DNA of 52,887 nucleotides from Pseudomonadota bacterium (lineage in GTDB: Bacteria; Pseudomonadota; Gammaproteobacteria; Xanthomonadales; Rhodanobacteraceae), in the NCBI GenBank assembly GCA_021781425.1, contig JAJXWU010000026.1, positions 1 to 52,887 on the forward strand, read 5' to 3'. Below the pieces are notes generated by a model that had not been told where the DNA came from, searched no databases, and worked only from the letters and a program-made list of their open reading frames with translations. Made by a program: the position numbers and the translations under genes. Below, in pieces: positions 1-9,123 of this stretch (position 1 is its first letter; every line of letters starts with the position of its first letter).

Positions 1-2
1 GC

Positions 3-1769
3 CGGCTCGGCTTCACGGGTACGCCGGTCAGCCTGTCGGGTGCCGACACGGTGGAGGTGTTCGGCGACGTCATCCATACCTATGACATCCGCCAGTCGCA
101 GGAGGATCGCGCCACGGTTCCGATTTATTACGAGCCGCGGCAGATCAAGCTCGGACTGGTCAAGGCGGATGTCGATGCGGCCTTGAACGAGGTCGTCGAA
201 GACATCGGCGTCGAACAAACCGAACTGAATCGGCGCAAGAGTCGCTGGGCTGCGCTCGCCGCGGCGGCGGGCGCGAAAGATCGCGTCGACAAGCTCGCCG
301 CCGATCTGCTTGCGCATTTCATCGAGCGGCGTAGCACGCTCGCCGGCAAGGCGATGGTCGTGTGCATGACGCGCGAGAACTGCGTGCGTCTGTACGGTGC
401 GCTGACGGCCATCGAAGGCTGCCCCGAGGTCAAGATCGTGATGACCAGCAATCCGGGCAAGGATCCGGTCGAATGGAACACGGCTGGCCACGTCACGACG
501 AAGAAATCGCGAGATGCCATCAAGGAACGGATGAAGAATCCGCACGATCCGCTCGCCATCGTGATTGTCTGCGACATGTGGCTGACAGGCACGGATATTC
601 CGTGCCTGCACACGCTCTACATCGACAAGCCGATGCGCGGGCATAACATGATCCAGGCGATTTCGCGCGTGAATCGAGTGTTCAGCGACAAGCCGCATGG
701 TCTGATCGTCGACTACATCGGTGTCGGTGACGAACTGCGCGAGGCGACGAGCAAGTATTCGCAGGGTGGCGGACGCGGCGAACCGGCGCCGGACATCGAG
801 ACGACTGCTGTGCCGTTGTTCCAGCAGGCGCTGGAAGAGGCTCGCGCTGCGCTTCCGCCGGGCAATGATTTCGGCGGCTGGCGCAAACTCGACAACATCG
901 CCCTGGAAGATTTGTACGCGCTCGCATTTGGCTGGCTCGCCGAAGACGAAAAGCGCAAAGAGGCGTTTCTCGATAACGAACTGCGGTTAACCAGATCGTT
1001 CCTGCTGGTGCGCCACCTCGATACCTGCCGTGGTCACGCGGACGAAGTGATTTTCTGCCAACGCGTGCGTAAGCAATTGCAGAAGACTGCGCCAAGCAAA
1101 TGGAAACACAAGGATCTGGACGCGGCCGTACGTGATCTCGTCGACGACAGCGTTGAAGGGCAGGGCGTCGTCGATATCTTCAAGGCTGCCGGAATCGAGA
1201 AAGCCGATTTGTCGATTCTCGACGATGCGTTCCTGCAGACCTTCAAGGACCATCCGCACGAGAACTTGCGCCTGAAGCTGCTCGAGCAACTGGTGCGCGA
1301 TGAGCTGAGGCGCATGATCGCGAAACGCGGAGTGGCCGTGAAATCATTCCAGGAGATGCTCGAATCCACGCTGCGCAAATACCATAACCGCCTGATAGAC
1401 GCTGCTGCCGTCGTCAAGGCCATGATCGAGATGCGCAAGCAGTGGGAAGCCAACCACGCACGCGCGGAAAAGCTCGGCTTGACTGATGAAGAGCTGTCGT
1501 TCTACGACGCCGTGGCGCAGAACAAGGAATCGCTCTACGACGAAACGCTGCTACGCGACCTCATCCACGATGTTGTACAGACCATTCGCCGCAACCTCAA
1601 GGTAGACTGGACCGAACCGCATCGAGATGCGGTTTTCGCGGAGATCCGCTCGTCGGTGAAGCGCGTGCTTCGCAAGCGCGGCGTGCGCGCAGAGGATCTG
1701 GAGCCGCTTTGCGACAGGCTGATCGAACAGGCGCGCGTGGTGTTTGCGCAGTGGCCGATGGCTGCTTAG
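3..1769 (+). CDS. hsdR: Type I restriction endonuclease subunit R, C-terminal part (5' end outside window)
   Basis: Frame is open from the window start: RLGFTGTP (helicase motif III), IVCDMWLTGTDIP, LYIDKPMRGHNMIQAISRVNR (motif VI), and a typical HsdR C-terminal helical domain (LGLTDEELSFYDA...VDWT). Confidence 0.93.
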   Translation, partial: RLGFTGTPVSLSGADTVEVFGDVIHTYDIRQSQEDRATVPIYYEPRQIKLGLVKADVDAALNEVVEDIGVEQTELNRRKSRWAALAAAAGAKDRVDKLAADLLAHFIERRSTLAGKAMVVCMTRENCVRLYGALTAIEGCPEVKIVMTSNPGKDPVEWNTAGHVTTKKSRDAIKERMKNPHDPLAIVIVCDMWLTGTDIPCLHTLYIDKPMRGHNMIQAISRVNRVFSDKPHGLIVDYIGVGDELREATSKYSQGGGRGEPAPDIETTAVPLFQQALEEARAALPPGNDFGGWRKLDNIALEDLYALAFGWLAEDEKRKEAFLDNELRLTRSFLLVRHLDTCRGHADEVIFCQRVRKQLQKTAPSKWKHKDLDAAVRDLVDDSVEGQGVVDIFKAAGIEKADLSILDDAFLQTFKDHPHENLRLKLLEQLVRDELRRMIAKRGVAVKSFQEMLESTLRKYHNRLIDAAAVVKAMIEMRKQWEANHARAEKLGLTDEELSFYDAVAQNKESLYDETLLRDLIHDVVQTIRRNLKVDWTEPHRDAVFAEIRSSVKRVLRKRGVRAEDLEPLCDRLIEQARVVFAQWPMAA

Positions 1770-2007
1770 CTCTATGCGACATTCACAACCAAACTAAGCT
1801 GGTTGTTGCACGGTCGCAACGTCTTCAGTGCCAAAAAAATCTCGTTCCTTGAGACATCGTGAGGTAAGAATAGTGTTGTCGTGATTCACGTGCTACGTAT
1901 TGAATCGCTCGGCGCCGTTGAGGAGAATCCCCTTGTCGCGAGCTTGGGTCCAAGCTTTATTGGAGAAACAACCGTACAATCGGTCTGACTTGGGGCGAGG
2001 TTGTCAT

Positions 2008-2994
2008 ATGGCTAGCGGAAAGATATTGAGACAACTGATTCGTGCTGGCACGACCGGGGACTCGGACGCGTTTCGCCAAGCTTCAGAGGCCGTGATTCGC
2101 GAGGAGCGCGAAAAAAATCACCATATGCTCGCGAACGATCTCGAGAGATTGCTATACGGGGATCGCTCCGATCTTTCCGCGTCCCGTAATCGATTATCGC
2201 CGCGTCAGGCTCCGCCAATAAGCAAAGACAGCGGGCTGGCGCTCCTCGAGGAGCGTCCAGTACTTCGTGAGGAGAAGGACATTGTTCTCGCTCACGCGAC
2301 GCGAAAAGCCGTAGAAGAAATTATTCAAGAGCACAATCGCGCCGATACCCTACGCTCTTATGGCTTGCGTCCAGCACAGAAGCTACTGTTTTTTGGTCCG
2401 CCTGGTTGCGGTAAAACGATGGCCGCAGAGGTAATTGCAAGCCAGCTCTCCATGCCGCTGGTCCTAGTCCGCTTGGATTCTGTGATTTCGTCATTTTTGG
2501 GCGAGACTGCCGCGAATCTGCGCAAAGTATTTGACTACCTGTCGGCACACTCGGTCGTCGGTCTCTTCGACGAATTTGATGCTCTAACAAAGGATCGCGG
2601 CGACAGTGCAGATCACGGCGAGTTGAAGCGATCAGTAAATGCCGTCTTGCAGATGATGGATGGCTATCGAGGGGAGAGCATTATCATCGCAACGACCAAC
2701 TATGAATCATTGCTCGATAAGGCGGTATGGCGGCGCTTCGACGAGGCTATCGAGTTCGGCATGCCAGACGTCGAGCAGGTCAGGCAGCTGTTGCTTGTGA
2801 AGCTCAGCGGTGTGCGGCGCAACTTCGATCCAGAGGACAGCAGCGTCACGAGCCTGTTCAAAGGGATGGCGCATGCGGACATTGAGCGCGTCCTGAGGCG
2901 TGCGGTAAAGGAGATGATTCTTTCGCATCGCGAATTCCTCGAGCCGACACATCTTGAGACAGCGATTGCTCGGGAGCACAGGGCTCGGGATTGA
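2008..2994 (+). CDS. AAA+ ATPase, IetA-like partner of the downstream S8 protease
   Basis: Walker A GPPGCGKT, Walker B LFDEFD, sensor ATTN and SRH LDKAVWRRFD. ATG 2008 follows GAGG, so the TTG at 1900 is probably an over-extension. Confidence 0.9.
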   Translation: MASGKILRQLIRAGTTGDSDAFRQASEAVIREEREKNHHMLANDLERLLYGDRSDLSASRNRLSPRQAPPISKDSGLALLEERPVLREEKDIVLAHATRKAVEEIIQEHNRADTLRSYGLRPAQKLLFFGPPGCGKTMAAEVIASQLSMPLVLVRLDSVISSFLGETAANLRKVFDYLSAHSVVGLFDEFDALTKDRGDSADHGELKRSVNAVLQMMDGYRGESIIIATTNYESLLDKAVWRRFDEAIEFGMPDVEQVRQLLLVKLSGVRRNFDPEDSSVTSLFKGMAHADIERVLRRAVKEMILSHREFLEPTHLETAIAREHRARD

Positions 2995-3020
2995 AGCACT
3001 GAAGTTGCGGAGGGGGGGGG

Positions 3021-5360
3021 GTGCCGTACGAACATTTGCGGATCGCGCGTGAAGAGCCATTAACAGATCGGCATCGGCGTCCAGTGCGAATACCACGCTT
3101 TCGACCTGAAGATCCACGCGCCTTCGGTGAGGACCTCAGGCGCAAGTTGCTTGCGGAAACTGAACGCGATGCGAATGCGGATATCGGTGGCTTTGACGAC
3201 CGCCGCTTGCTCAAGATCAAGCTGCGGGTCGGCGAAAGCATGCCCGACTTTGACGCGATTCCCGGAGTCACGCTCGTAAGCCAGGAGGATGCAACGGTCG
3301 TTTTGGCTTTTGCCTCAGAAGAAGGTCTCGGAACGTTCGAGTCACGACTAGCGACGCTCGCACAGAACGGTAATGTCACTCGCGCCGCCCTGCTCTATGC
3401 GATCGAAGACTTTGACCGTTGGACCACGGAAGATCGAAAGGGGGCGGCACTTCGCAAACAAGGATTCCCTCAGCAAGAGCCATTCGTACTCGACGTCGAG
3501 TTGTGGCCTGTCGAACGACAGGACGAGCGCGATCAATTGCTGGCGCATTTCGATGCGTGGCGAGTTCGGACAGGACTTGAGCGACTGGACGCCATTAACC
3601 AGCCTTCGCTTGTGATGCTCCGCTTGAGGTGCACCGCAGCTCAGGCGAGCTCTCTTTTGGATCATCGCGATGTTCGTACTGTGGACCTGCCGCCAAGTGT
3701 AGGCGTGGCTGTAGATGTTTTGCTTAAAGATCTCGGGCAATTCCCGGCTGTTGAGCGGCCGCCAGATGGCGCTCCGGCAGTCGCCGTGCTCGACTCGGGC
3801 ATCACGAGCGGACACCCGCATCTTGCTGCGGCAGTGGGTGATGTGCAGGGGTTTGTTGATCCACTGCGCGATGTGACGGATCGTGCGCCGTGCGGACACG
3901 GGACCTTTGTCGCCGGGCTAGCCCTCTACGGCAATGTGCAGGGCTGTATACAACAGCGATCGTTTGTGCCGCGCCTGCGGCTGTATTCGGGAAAGGTTTT
4001 TGAGGACGACGGTCGCGATCAGACGAGGTTTGTTGAGAGCGCTGTAGACGAAGCAGTGAGATATTTTCGTACGGAGTATGGCTGCAAGGTCTTCAATCTG
4101 AGCTACGGCGACCGAAATAAGGTATATGACTCCAAACATGTTCGCGGACTCGCCTATACGCTGGATCGGCTTAGCCGAGAGCTGGACGTACTGTTTGTTG
4201 TTCCGACAGGGAATCTGCTGAAAGAGGAGCTTCCGGCGGATGCCCGGCAAAGATATCCGGAGTATCTGTTGGAAGAATCATCGCGAGTCCTTGATCCCGC
4301 TCCCGCTCTCATCCCATTGACAGTCGGTGGACTGGCGATGAAGGATGCTGGTCGACAAGCACAGCGGCATCCGGACACGGTTGAAGAATTCCCGATCGCA
4401 GCCATTGAAGAACCATCGCCGTTCACTCGATCTGGCCCAGGACCCGTTGGGGCGATAAAGCCAGATTTGGTCGAAGAGGCCGGCAATTTTTCTGTGATGC
4501 GACTTGGGAATGATTTTCGCCATCTGGGTTTGGGCCTCGTTTCAATGAACAGTGGCTTTGCAGCAGGAACTTTGTTCACGGAAGACGTTGGCACGAGTTT
4601 CGCGGCACCCGTTGTTGCCCAGAAAGCCGCGCGCTTGCTTGAATTCGTTCCCGATGCGTCCGCCAATCTCCTCCGCGCTTTGCTCGCGGCGCATGCACAC
4701 TGGCCGCAAGCGAGCCTGCAGTTGCTGAATCCAAACAATGAGGCCGACAAACGATCGAATTTGCTTAAGCTTATCGGTTACGGGCGCGTTGATGATGGGG
4801 CCTTATACGAGTCGGTGGAAAAAGAGATCACGCTGTATTCCGAGGATCGGATCGACAACGACAAGCACCACTTCTACGAGTTGCCGTTGCCAGAAGACTT
4901 TTGGGACGGTGGGCGGCGATCGCGCGAGATCACAGTGGCGCTGGCGTACAGTCCCGCGGTTCGAACGACGCGTTTGGATTATCGCCAGACGAAGATATCT
5001 TTCTCTCTTGTCATAGCAGCATCGCTTGACGAGGTCGCTCGAGCACACACACATGGGCGAGGGCAAGATGATGCCATCTCCGAGCGAATTACCAACAGAT
5101 CTATCCCGTCTGAAGAGCGAAAAAAGGGAACATTACAGATGTCGCGTTGGACATTTGTGCAGCGTTCCAGTGGTAAGGTGTTTATTGTTGTGACGCGCCA
5201 AGATGCAGCTTGGTCACGTGCGGACGATCAAGGGGAGTCTTACGCGTTGGCGGTGGGTATTTCCGACCGTCAGAACACGTCATTGACCGCTGATCTTTAT
5301 GTCAGCACGCAAGCTGTGTTAACTGCGCGAGCTCAGGCGCGCGCGCGCGCGCGTGTGTAA
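3021..5360 (+). CDS. S8 subtilisin-family serine protease, IetS-like
   Basis: Catalytic triad motifs VLDSG, GHGTFVAG and GTSFAAP; also NLSYG, IKPDLV and IGYG. No signal peptide; lies directly after the AAA ATPase. Confidence 0.9.
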   Translation: MPYEHLRIAREEPLTDRHRRPVRIPRFRPEDPRAFGEDLRRKLLAETERDANADIGGFDDRRLLKIKLRVGESMPDFDAIPGVTLVSQEDATVVLAFASEEGLGTFESRLATLAQNGNVTRAALLYAIEDFDRWTTEDRKGAALRKQGFPQQEPFVLDVELWPVERQDERDQLLAHFDAWRVRTGLERLDAINQPSLVMLRLRCTAAQASSLLDHRDVRTVDLPPSVGVAVDVLLKDLGQFPAVERPPDGAPAVAVLDSGITSGHPHLAAAVGDVQGFVDPLRDVTDRAPCGHGTFVAGLALYGNVQGCIQQRSFVPRLRLYSGKVFEDDGRDQTRFVESAVDEAVRYFRTEYGCKVFNLSYGDRNKVYDSKHVRGLAYTLDRLSRELDVLFVVPTGNLLKEELPADARQRYPEYLLEESSRVLDPAPALIPLTVGGLAMKDAGRQAQRHPDTVEEFPIAAIEEPSPFTRSGPGPVGAIKPDLVEEAGNFSVMRLGNDFRHLGLGLVSMNSGFAAGTLFTEDVGTSFAAPVVAQKAARLLEFVPDASANLLRALLAAHAHWPQASLQLLNPNNEADKRSNLLKLIGYGRVDDGALYESVEKEITLYSEDRIDNDKHHFYELPLPEDFWDGGRRSREITVALAYSPAVRTTRLDYRQTKISFSLVIAASLDEVARAHTHGRGQDDAISERITNRSIPSEERKKGTLQMSRWTFVQRSSGKVFIVVTRQDAAWSRADDQGESYALAVGISDRQNTSLTADLYVSTQAVLTARAQARARARV

Positions 5361-5411
5361 CTTTGTAGTCGGTTCCAACTACCAGGGGCCGCCGCTCTGA
5401 GGGGAGTGACT

Positions 5412-5514
5412 GCCTCCCAATTGCCTTGTAACCTATTGATCGAATTAAGTCGAAATGATACATTTTAGAGGCAGCGAGATTCGTAATTTCCGTTTCTAGA
5501 TCAATAAGTAACTG
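5412..5514 (+). repeat. 103-bp direct repeat copy 1 (att-arm-like; partner at 10623-10725)
   Basis: Gapless manual alignment to 10623-10725 with about 14 mismatches; internal inverted repeat ACCTATTGATC...GATCAATA(A/G)GT. Confidence 0.88.
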
Positions 5515-5660
5515 TCACGCAGTACGGCGTAAAGTACAAAATCTCAATTCAAATCATTGGTCCGAACGGAAAGGAAGGCATCATCGATATTATTTGGCAA
5601 GTCGATGAGGGGTCGAGCCTCTACCGTCTTGTCACGGCTATCCCTCATCCATTCACATGA
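5508..5660 (+). pseudogene. 5'-truncated gene fragment resembling the C-terminus of DUF6883-type putative toxin domains
   Basis: Startless frame VTVTQYGVKYKISIQIIGPNGKEGIIDIIWQVDEGSSLYRLVTAIPHPFT*, matching the YGxKY...GPNG...W......RLVTA.P pattern. Begins at the end of the att-arm repeat. Confidence 0.55.
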
Positions 5661-5668
5661 GGAACGCC

Positions 5669-5956
5669 ATGACACTGCGAGTACAAATCATCGCGCCAAG
5701 ACGCTCAACTTGCCGTATCTGTTTGGACTATGTGGACGCTGCGAGTGAGTTTGAGTGGCATTGTCCAATACTCAGCGAAACAATCTGCGAAACACACTGT
5801 GAAGAAGCGCAACTCGGCGAGTACAAGGAAACGCGCGACAAGATGGCGCGGGCAGTCTCTCATTTTGGCGATTCAGATGACTTGCTTGCAACTTGCGTGA
5901 ACTGCCCTTTTGGATCAACTGCCAGATTGGAATCAGCCAAAGACTCGGAGTCGTAA
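5669..5956 (+). CDS. Small Cys-rich hypothetical protein (possible Zn-binding immunity protein)
   Basis: GAGGA RBS then ATG 5669; CxxC...HC...CxxHC...CxxC; starts 8 bp after the toxin-like fragment. Confidence 0.6.
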   Translation: MTLRVQIIAPRRSTCRICLDYVDAASEFEWHCPILSETICETHCEEAQLGEYKETRDKMARAVSHFGDSDDLLATCVNCPFGSTARLESAKDSES

Positions 5957-6143
5957 CGGGAAAAACCGAGAAAACGGGGACGGCGGTAATTAAGCTGACG
6001 CAATGTATACAATGCGACATCGCTGCGAAGCCCGCCCCGCGCGGGCTTCCCTGCTTGTCGGCTAGGCGATGCGCTGGAGCGCATCGCTGACGCTGAGGAT
6101 GGCGATGCCCTGATGTTCGCCGAGAGCGCGCAGGCGACGATCG

Positions 6144-6245
6144 CTAGCGGATCGATTGCAGTGCCGTGTTCGGATCGACGATGTCGATGCCTTCGATCCA
6201 GGCGACGCTGAGCAAGTCCTTGTCGCCGGTGACGATGAGCAGCGG
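6144..6245 (-). pseudogene. C-terminal remnant of a PIN-domain TA toxin
   Basis: Minus strand reads LLIVTGDKDLLSVAWIEGIDIVDPNTALQSIR*; IVTGDKDLL is the typical PIN-toxin C-terminal motif. No N-terminal half is present. Confidence 0.65.
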
Positions 6246-6322
6246 ATCGATCAGGGTTCAGCGGTTATGTCACGAAGGTGATTAGGCTCGGACCTGATAC
6301 GGCGGCCCAGAAGTAACCGGTC

Positions 6323-7006
6323 ATGTTTGATTTCAGGAAAGACAAGATATCCGTGGAGCAAGCCGTAGTGAGGCGGATCGGGCAGCTTTGCGAGCGGTTT
6401 GGATACGCGTGGAAGAGAGGAAACTGGTGGGAAAAGGAAACCACTTGGTGCGTCAAGAGATGTAACCTTGGACTGCGTCAGGTTGGCATGACAAAGCACC
6501 CGGAACTGATTGGAGGTGCTTCCATTTTTCTCCCTCAATATGATCGTATTTATAGGCGCGATGATTCAGTAGTTCCCGAATTTCCCTCGAGTCTCGGCAG
6601 CCCTGTGCATTGGATCGACAAACGGCTTGATTCGAATGCTGGGAGATTCGAAAACATGGAGGAGTTGGACGCAATACTTCCGAGATTCGAGCGCGCATTC
6701 GAAGAATGCGTTCTCCCAGAGTTGGAGCGTTACAAGACTGAGGATGATTTGCTCGAAGCCTTACTTTCCCCAGAGTGGCTTACTTCAGTCAAGTTATCAG
6801 CAACCCAGGATATTCGCGGCGCTCTGGTGATTTTGATGCTTGCAGGAAGAAAAGGACTTGGCTATGCGATCGAATGGGGACGAGAAGAGGTTGAGCGGAT
6901 CAGAGCGGAAAAGCCGCTCGTGACTAGCATTGCTCGATATCAAAACATTCTGCGTTGTATCGAATATCTTGAGAGGCATAGCGACGCTCCCTCGATGTTC
7001 ATTTGA
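6323..7006 (+). CDS. Hypothetical protein (possible polymorphic-toxin immunity protein)
   Basis: 227-aa ORF with lower GC than the host genes; no recognisable motif; located among toxin debris. Confidence 0.6.
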   Translation: MFDFRKDKISVEQAVVRRIGQLCERFGYAWKRGNWWEKETTWCVKRCNLGLRQVGMTKHPELIGGASIFLPQYDRIYRRDDSVVPEFPSSLGSPVHWIDKRLDSNAGRFENMEELDAILPRFERAFEECVLPELERYKTEDDLLEALLSPEWLTSVKLSATQDIRGALVILMLAGRKGLGYAIEWGREEVERIRAEKPLVTSIARYQNILRCIEYLERHSDAPSMFI

Positions 7007-7034
7007 ATGGGTTATGACAATAGGGCTATCAATA

Positions 7035-7553
7035 ATGATAAAGATAGTTACGCATAGACCTGACTACGGTTCATTCGGCATATTCGATAAAAAAAATGGA
7101 ACATATCCGGATGTAATGAAAGTATCTAAAGAGAATGTGGAAAAAGGTTTTTCTGTATTTTCTGGTGGTATAAGAATTAGAGTGCTGAGTGAGTACAGTT
7201 TGATTCAAGTGGAGATTCAGTATGAGGAATCTATTGGTAAGCTAAGGGCGGAGAAATTCGACGAGTGGGATCACATAGTTGAGGTGCCATTCGATATCTC
7301 GAGTAATCGATTGTATTTTAAATCGAACACCGATCCGGAGCCGTTTGAAATCATCGAAACTAAGAGTGGATGCCATCGTGTTCGAATATATTGGGGCGGT
7401 CAATATTCTGGCCAATTAGACGGCTCATCGAAAGATTTTTATTTCTTTCAGATATGGCCGAGCGACGATCCTACGACAAAGTATCTCAAGGGTTCTGAGG
7501 ACTGGCCTCTTCCGACCCAGCCGTGTGATGAAATTTTTACGAAAACAAAATAA
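7035..7553 (+). CDS. Hypothetical protein, immunity-like (WDHIVE...RVR...D.Y...WP pattern)
   Basis: AT-rich ORF with EWDHIVEVPF, CHRVRIYW and DFYFFQIWP. Start is uncertain (7014 or 7035). Confidence 0.6.
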   Translation: MIKIVTHRPDYGSFGIFDKKNGTYPDVMKVSKENVEKGFSVFSGGIRIRVLSEYSLIQVEIQYEESIGKLRAEKFDEWDHIVEVPFDISSNRLYFKSNTDPEPFEIIETKSGCHRVRIYWGGQYSGQLDGSSKDFYFFQIWPSDDPTTKYLKGSEDWPLPTQPCDEIFTKTK

Positions 7554-7572
7554 CCCGTTAGCTTTGAAAAAT

Positions 7573-8915
7573 GGATCAGTCGCGATTGGTGTGGACTGAG
7601 CTTGCCTGAGGCGGCGCAAGCCGGCAAGCTCATGGGATGGAAAAGCTCTTCACGCAAGCATTGGGTTTGAGTGCGCCGTGGGCGGTGACGTCGCTCGACT
7701 TCCGTCCTGCGGAAGGCAGCATCGAGTTCCAGGTCGAGTGCCAAGCCACGCGTTTGCCATGTCCGGCCTGCGGTGCGGCAGAGCAGCCGATTCGCGATCG
7801 CATCGAGCGGCGCTGGCAACACCTGCATTTCTTCCAGTTTCGGGCCTTCATCCAGGCGCGTTTGCCGCGCGTGGCCTGTGCGAACTGCGGCAAGACCGCC
7901 CAGACCGAGCCGCCGTGGTCGCGCCCGGGCAGCGGCTTTACGCTGCTGCTGGAGGCTTTCGTGGTCGCGCTGTGCCAGGCGATGCCGGTGGCGCATGTGG
8001 CGCGCCTGCTGGGCGTATCCGACGACCGCGTGTGGCGCGTGCTGCGCCATCACGTGGCTGTCGCGCGAGCGCAGGAAGACCACGCCGGTGTCGCCCGGGT
8101 CAGCGTGGATGAGACCAGTTCGCGGCGCGGCCATCGCTACATCACGCTGTTCCACGATAGCGACGAACGCCGTTTGTTGTTTGCCACACCCGGGCGCGAT
8201 GCCAAGACGTTCGCGAGCTTCGCTGATGACCTCAAAGCGCATGGCGGTGACGCCGCGGCATTGACCGACGTGAGCATGGACATGAGTGGCGCTTATCAGG
8301 CCGGCGCCGCCACGGTTTGCCCGCAAGCCACGATCAGCTTCGATCCCTTCCATGTCGTCGCGTTGGCGAGCCGGGCGCTGGACCAGGTGCGCCGCGCCGA
8401 GGTCAAGCATGTGCCCGACCTCAAGGGCGCGCGCTGGGCCACGCTCAAGGCCGCACCGGATTGGACCCGCGAACAGATCGATACCATGCACTGGCTGCAG
8501 CGCACACCCCTGAAAACCGCTCGTGCCTGGCGACTGAAGGAAGCGCTGCGCGCGATCTATCGCGATCGCCCCGATGCCGCTTGCGCCGAGCAGCGCCTGC
8601 GGCGCTGGATCGGTTGGGCGCGGCGCAGCCGCCTGACGCCGTTCAAGACCTTGGCCGCAACACTGCGCACCCATCTGTCCGGCATCGTCGCGCATTTCCG
8701 CAGCGGCCTGAGCAACAGTTTCGCCGAAGCGATGAACGCCGCCATCCAGGCTGCCAAAGCGCGCGCCAAAGGCTACGCCACCACCGACAACATGATTGCC
8801 ATCGCTTATCTGTTGTGCGCCAAGCTGCGACATCTGCCGCGTAATCCATGGCTGCCGCCGTCGCCTGCTACGCATGGTGCTCACGCCTGACTTCCACACG
8901 ATTCACGACGGAGCC
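7573..8915 (+). mobile_element. ISL3-family insertion sequence, intact (1343 bp)
   Basis: Imperfect terminal IRs GGATCAGTCGCGATTGGTGTGGA and (reverse complement) GGCTCCGTCGTGAATCGTGTGGA; 8-bp TSD TGAAAAAT at 7565-7572 and 8916-8923. Confidence 0.93.
7637..8890 (+). CDS. ISL3-family transposase
   Basis: Zn finger CPAC...CANC; DDE motifs VDET, SMDM, DPFHV and SNSFAEAMN. Confidence 0.95.
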   Translation: MEKLFTQALGLSAPWAVTSLDFRPAEGSIEFQVECQATRLPCPACGAAEQPIRDRIERRWQHLHFFQFRAFIQARLPRVACANCGKTAQTEPPWSRPGSGFTLLLEAFVVALCQAMPVAHVARLLGVSDDRVWRVLRHHVAVARAQEDHAGVARVSVDETSSRRGHRYITLFHDSDERRLLFATPGRDAKTFASFADDLKAHGGDAAALTDVSMDMSGAYQAGAATVCPQATISFDPFHVVALASRALDQVRRAEVKHVPDLKGARWATLKAAPDWTREQIDTMHWLQRTPLKTARAWRLKEALRAIYRDRPDAACAEQRLRRWIGWARRSRLTPFKTLAATLRTHLSGIVAHFRSGLSNSFAEAMNAAIQAAKARAKGYATTDNMIAIAYLLCAKLRHLPRNPWLPPSPATHGAHA

Positions 8916-9123
8916 TGAAAAATGGCAAGTAATGTGATTGGGCTATTAGCCAAGGAGGGCGCCAAGGGTTAGGCGCTTCCCCCGGTGTCGTCGCTCAGCC
9001 ACGATCGCACTGTCAAAGTCACCCGAACAGGAATCGGCAGCAGCCAATGTAGAGCGTCGGCTGTTGTTGCTAAGACAGTTTATTTGTTGACATGTGCAGT
9101 ATTTATGCAACAGACTGGCGAGG

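Noticed and set aside
7546-8975. Integron attC (TAAC after an ORF stop, GTTAGGC at about 8968 once the IS is removed)
   Set aside because: No complementary R''/R' or L boxes and no extended palindrome; no integron integrase in the window.
9061-9123. AbiEi operator inverted repeat around a TTGACA -35
   Set aside because: Plausible (TGTTG...CAACA) but too short and imperfect to call.
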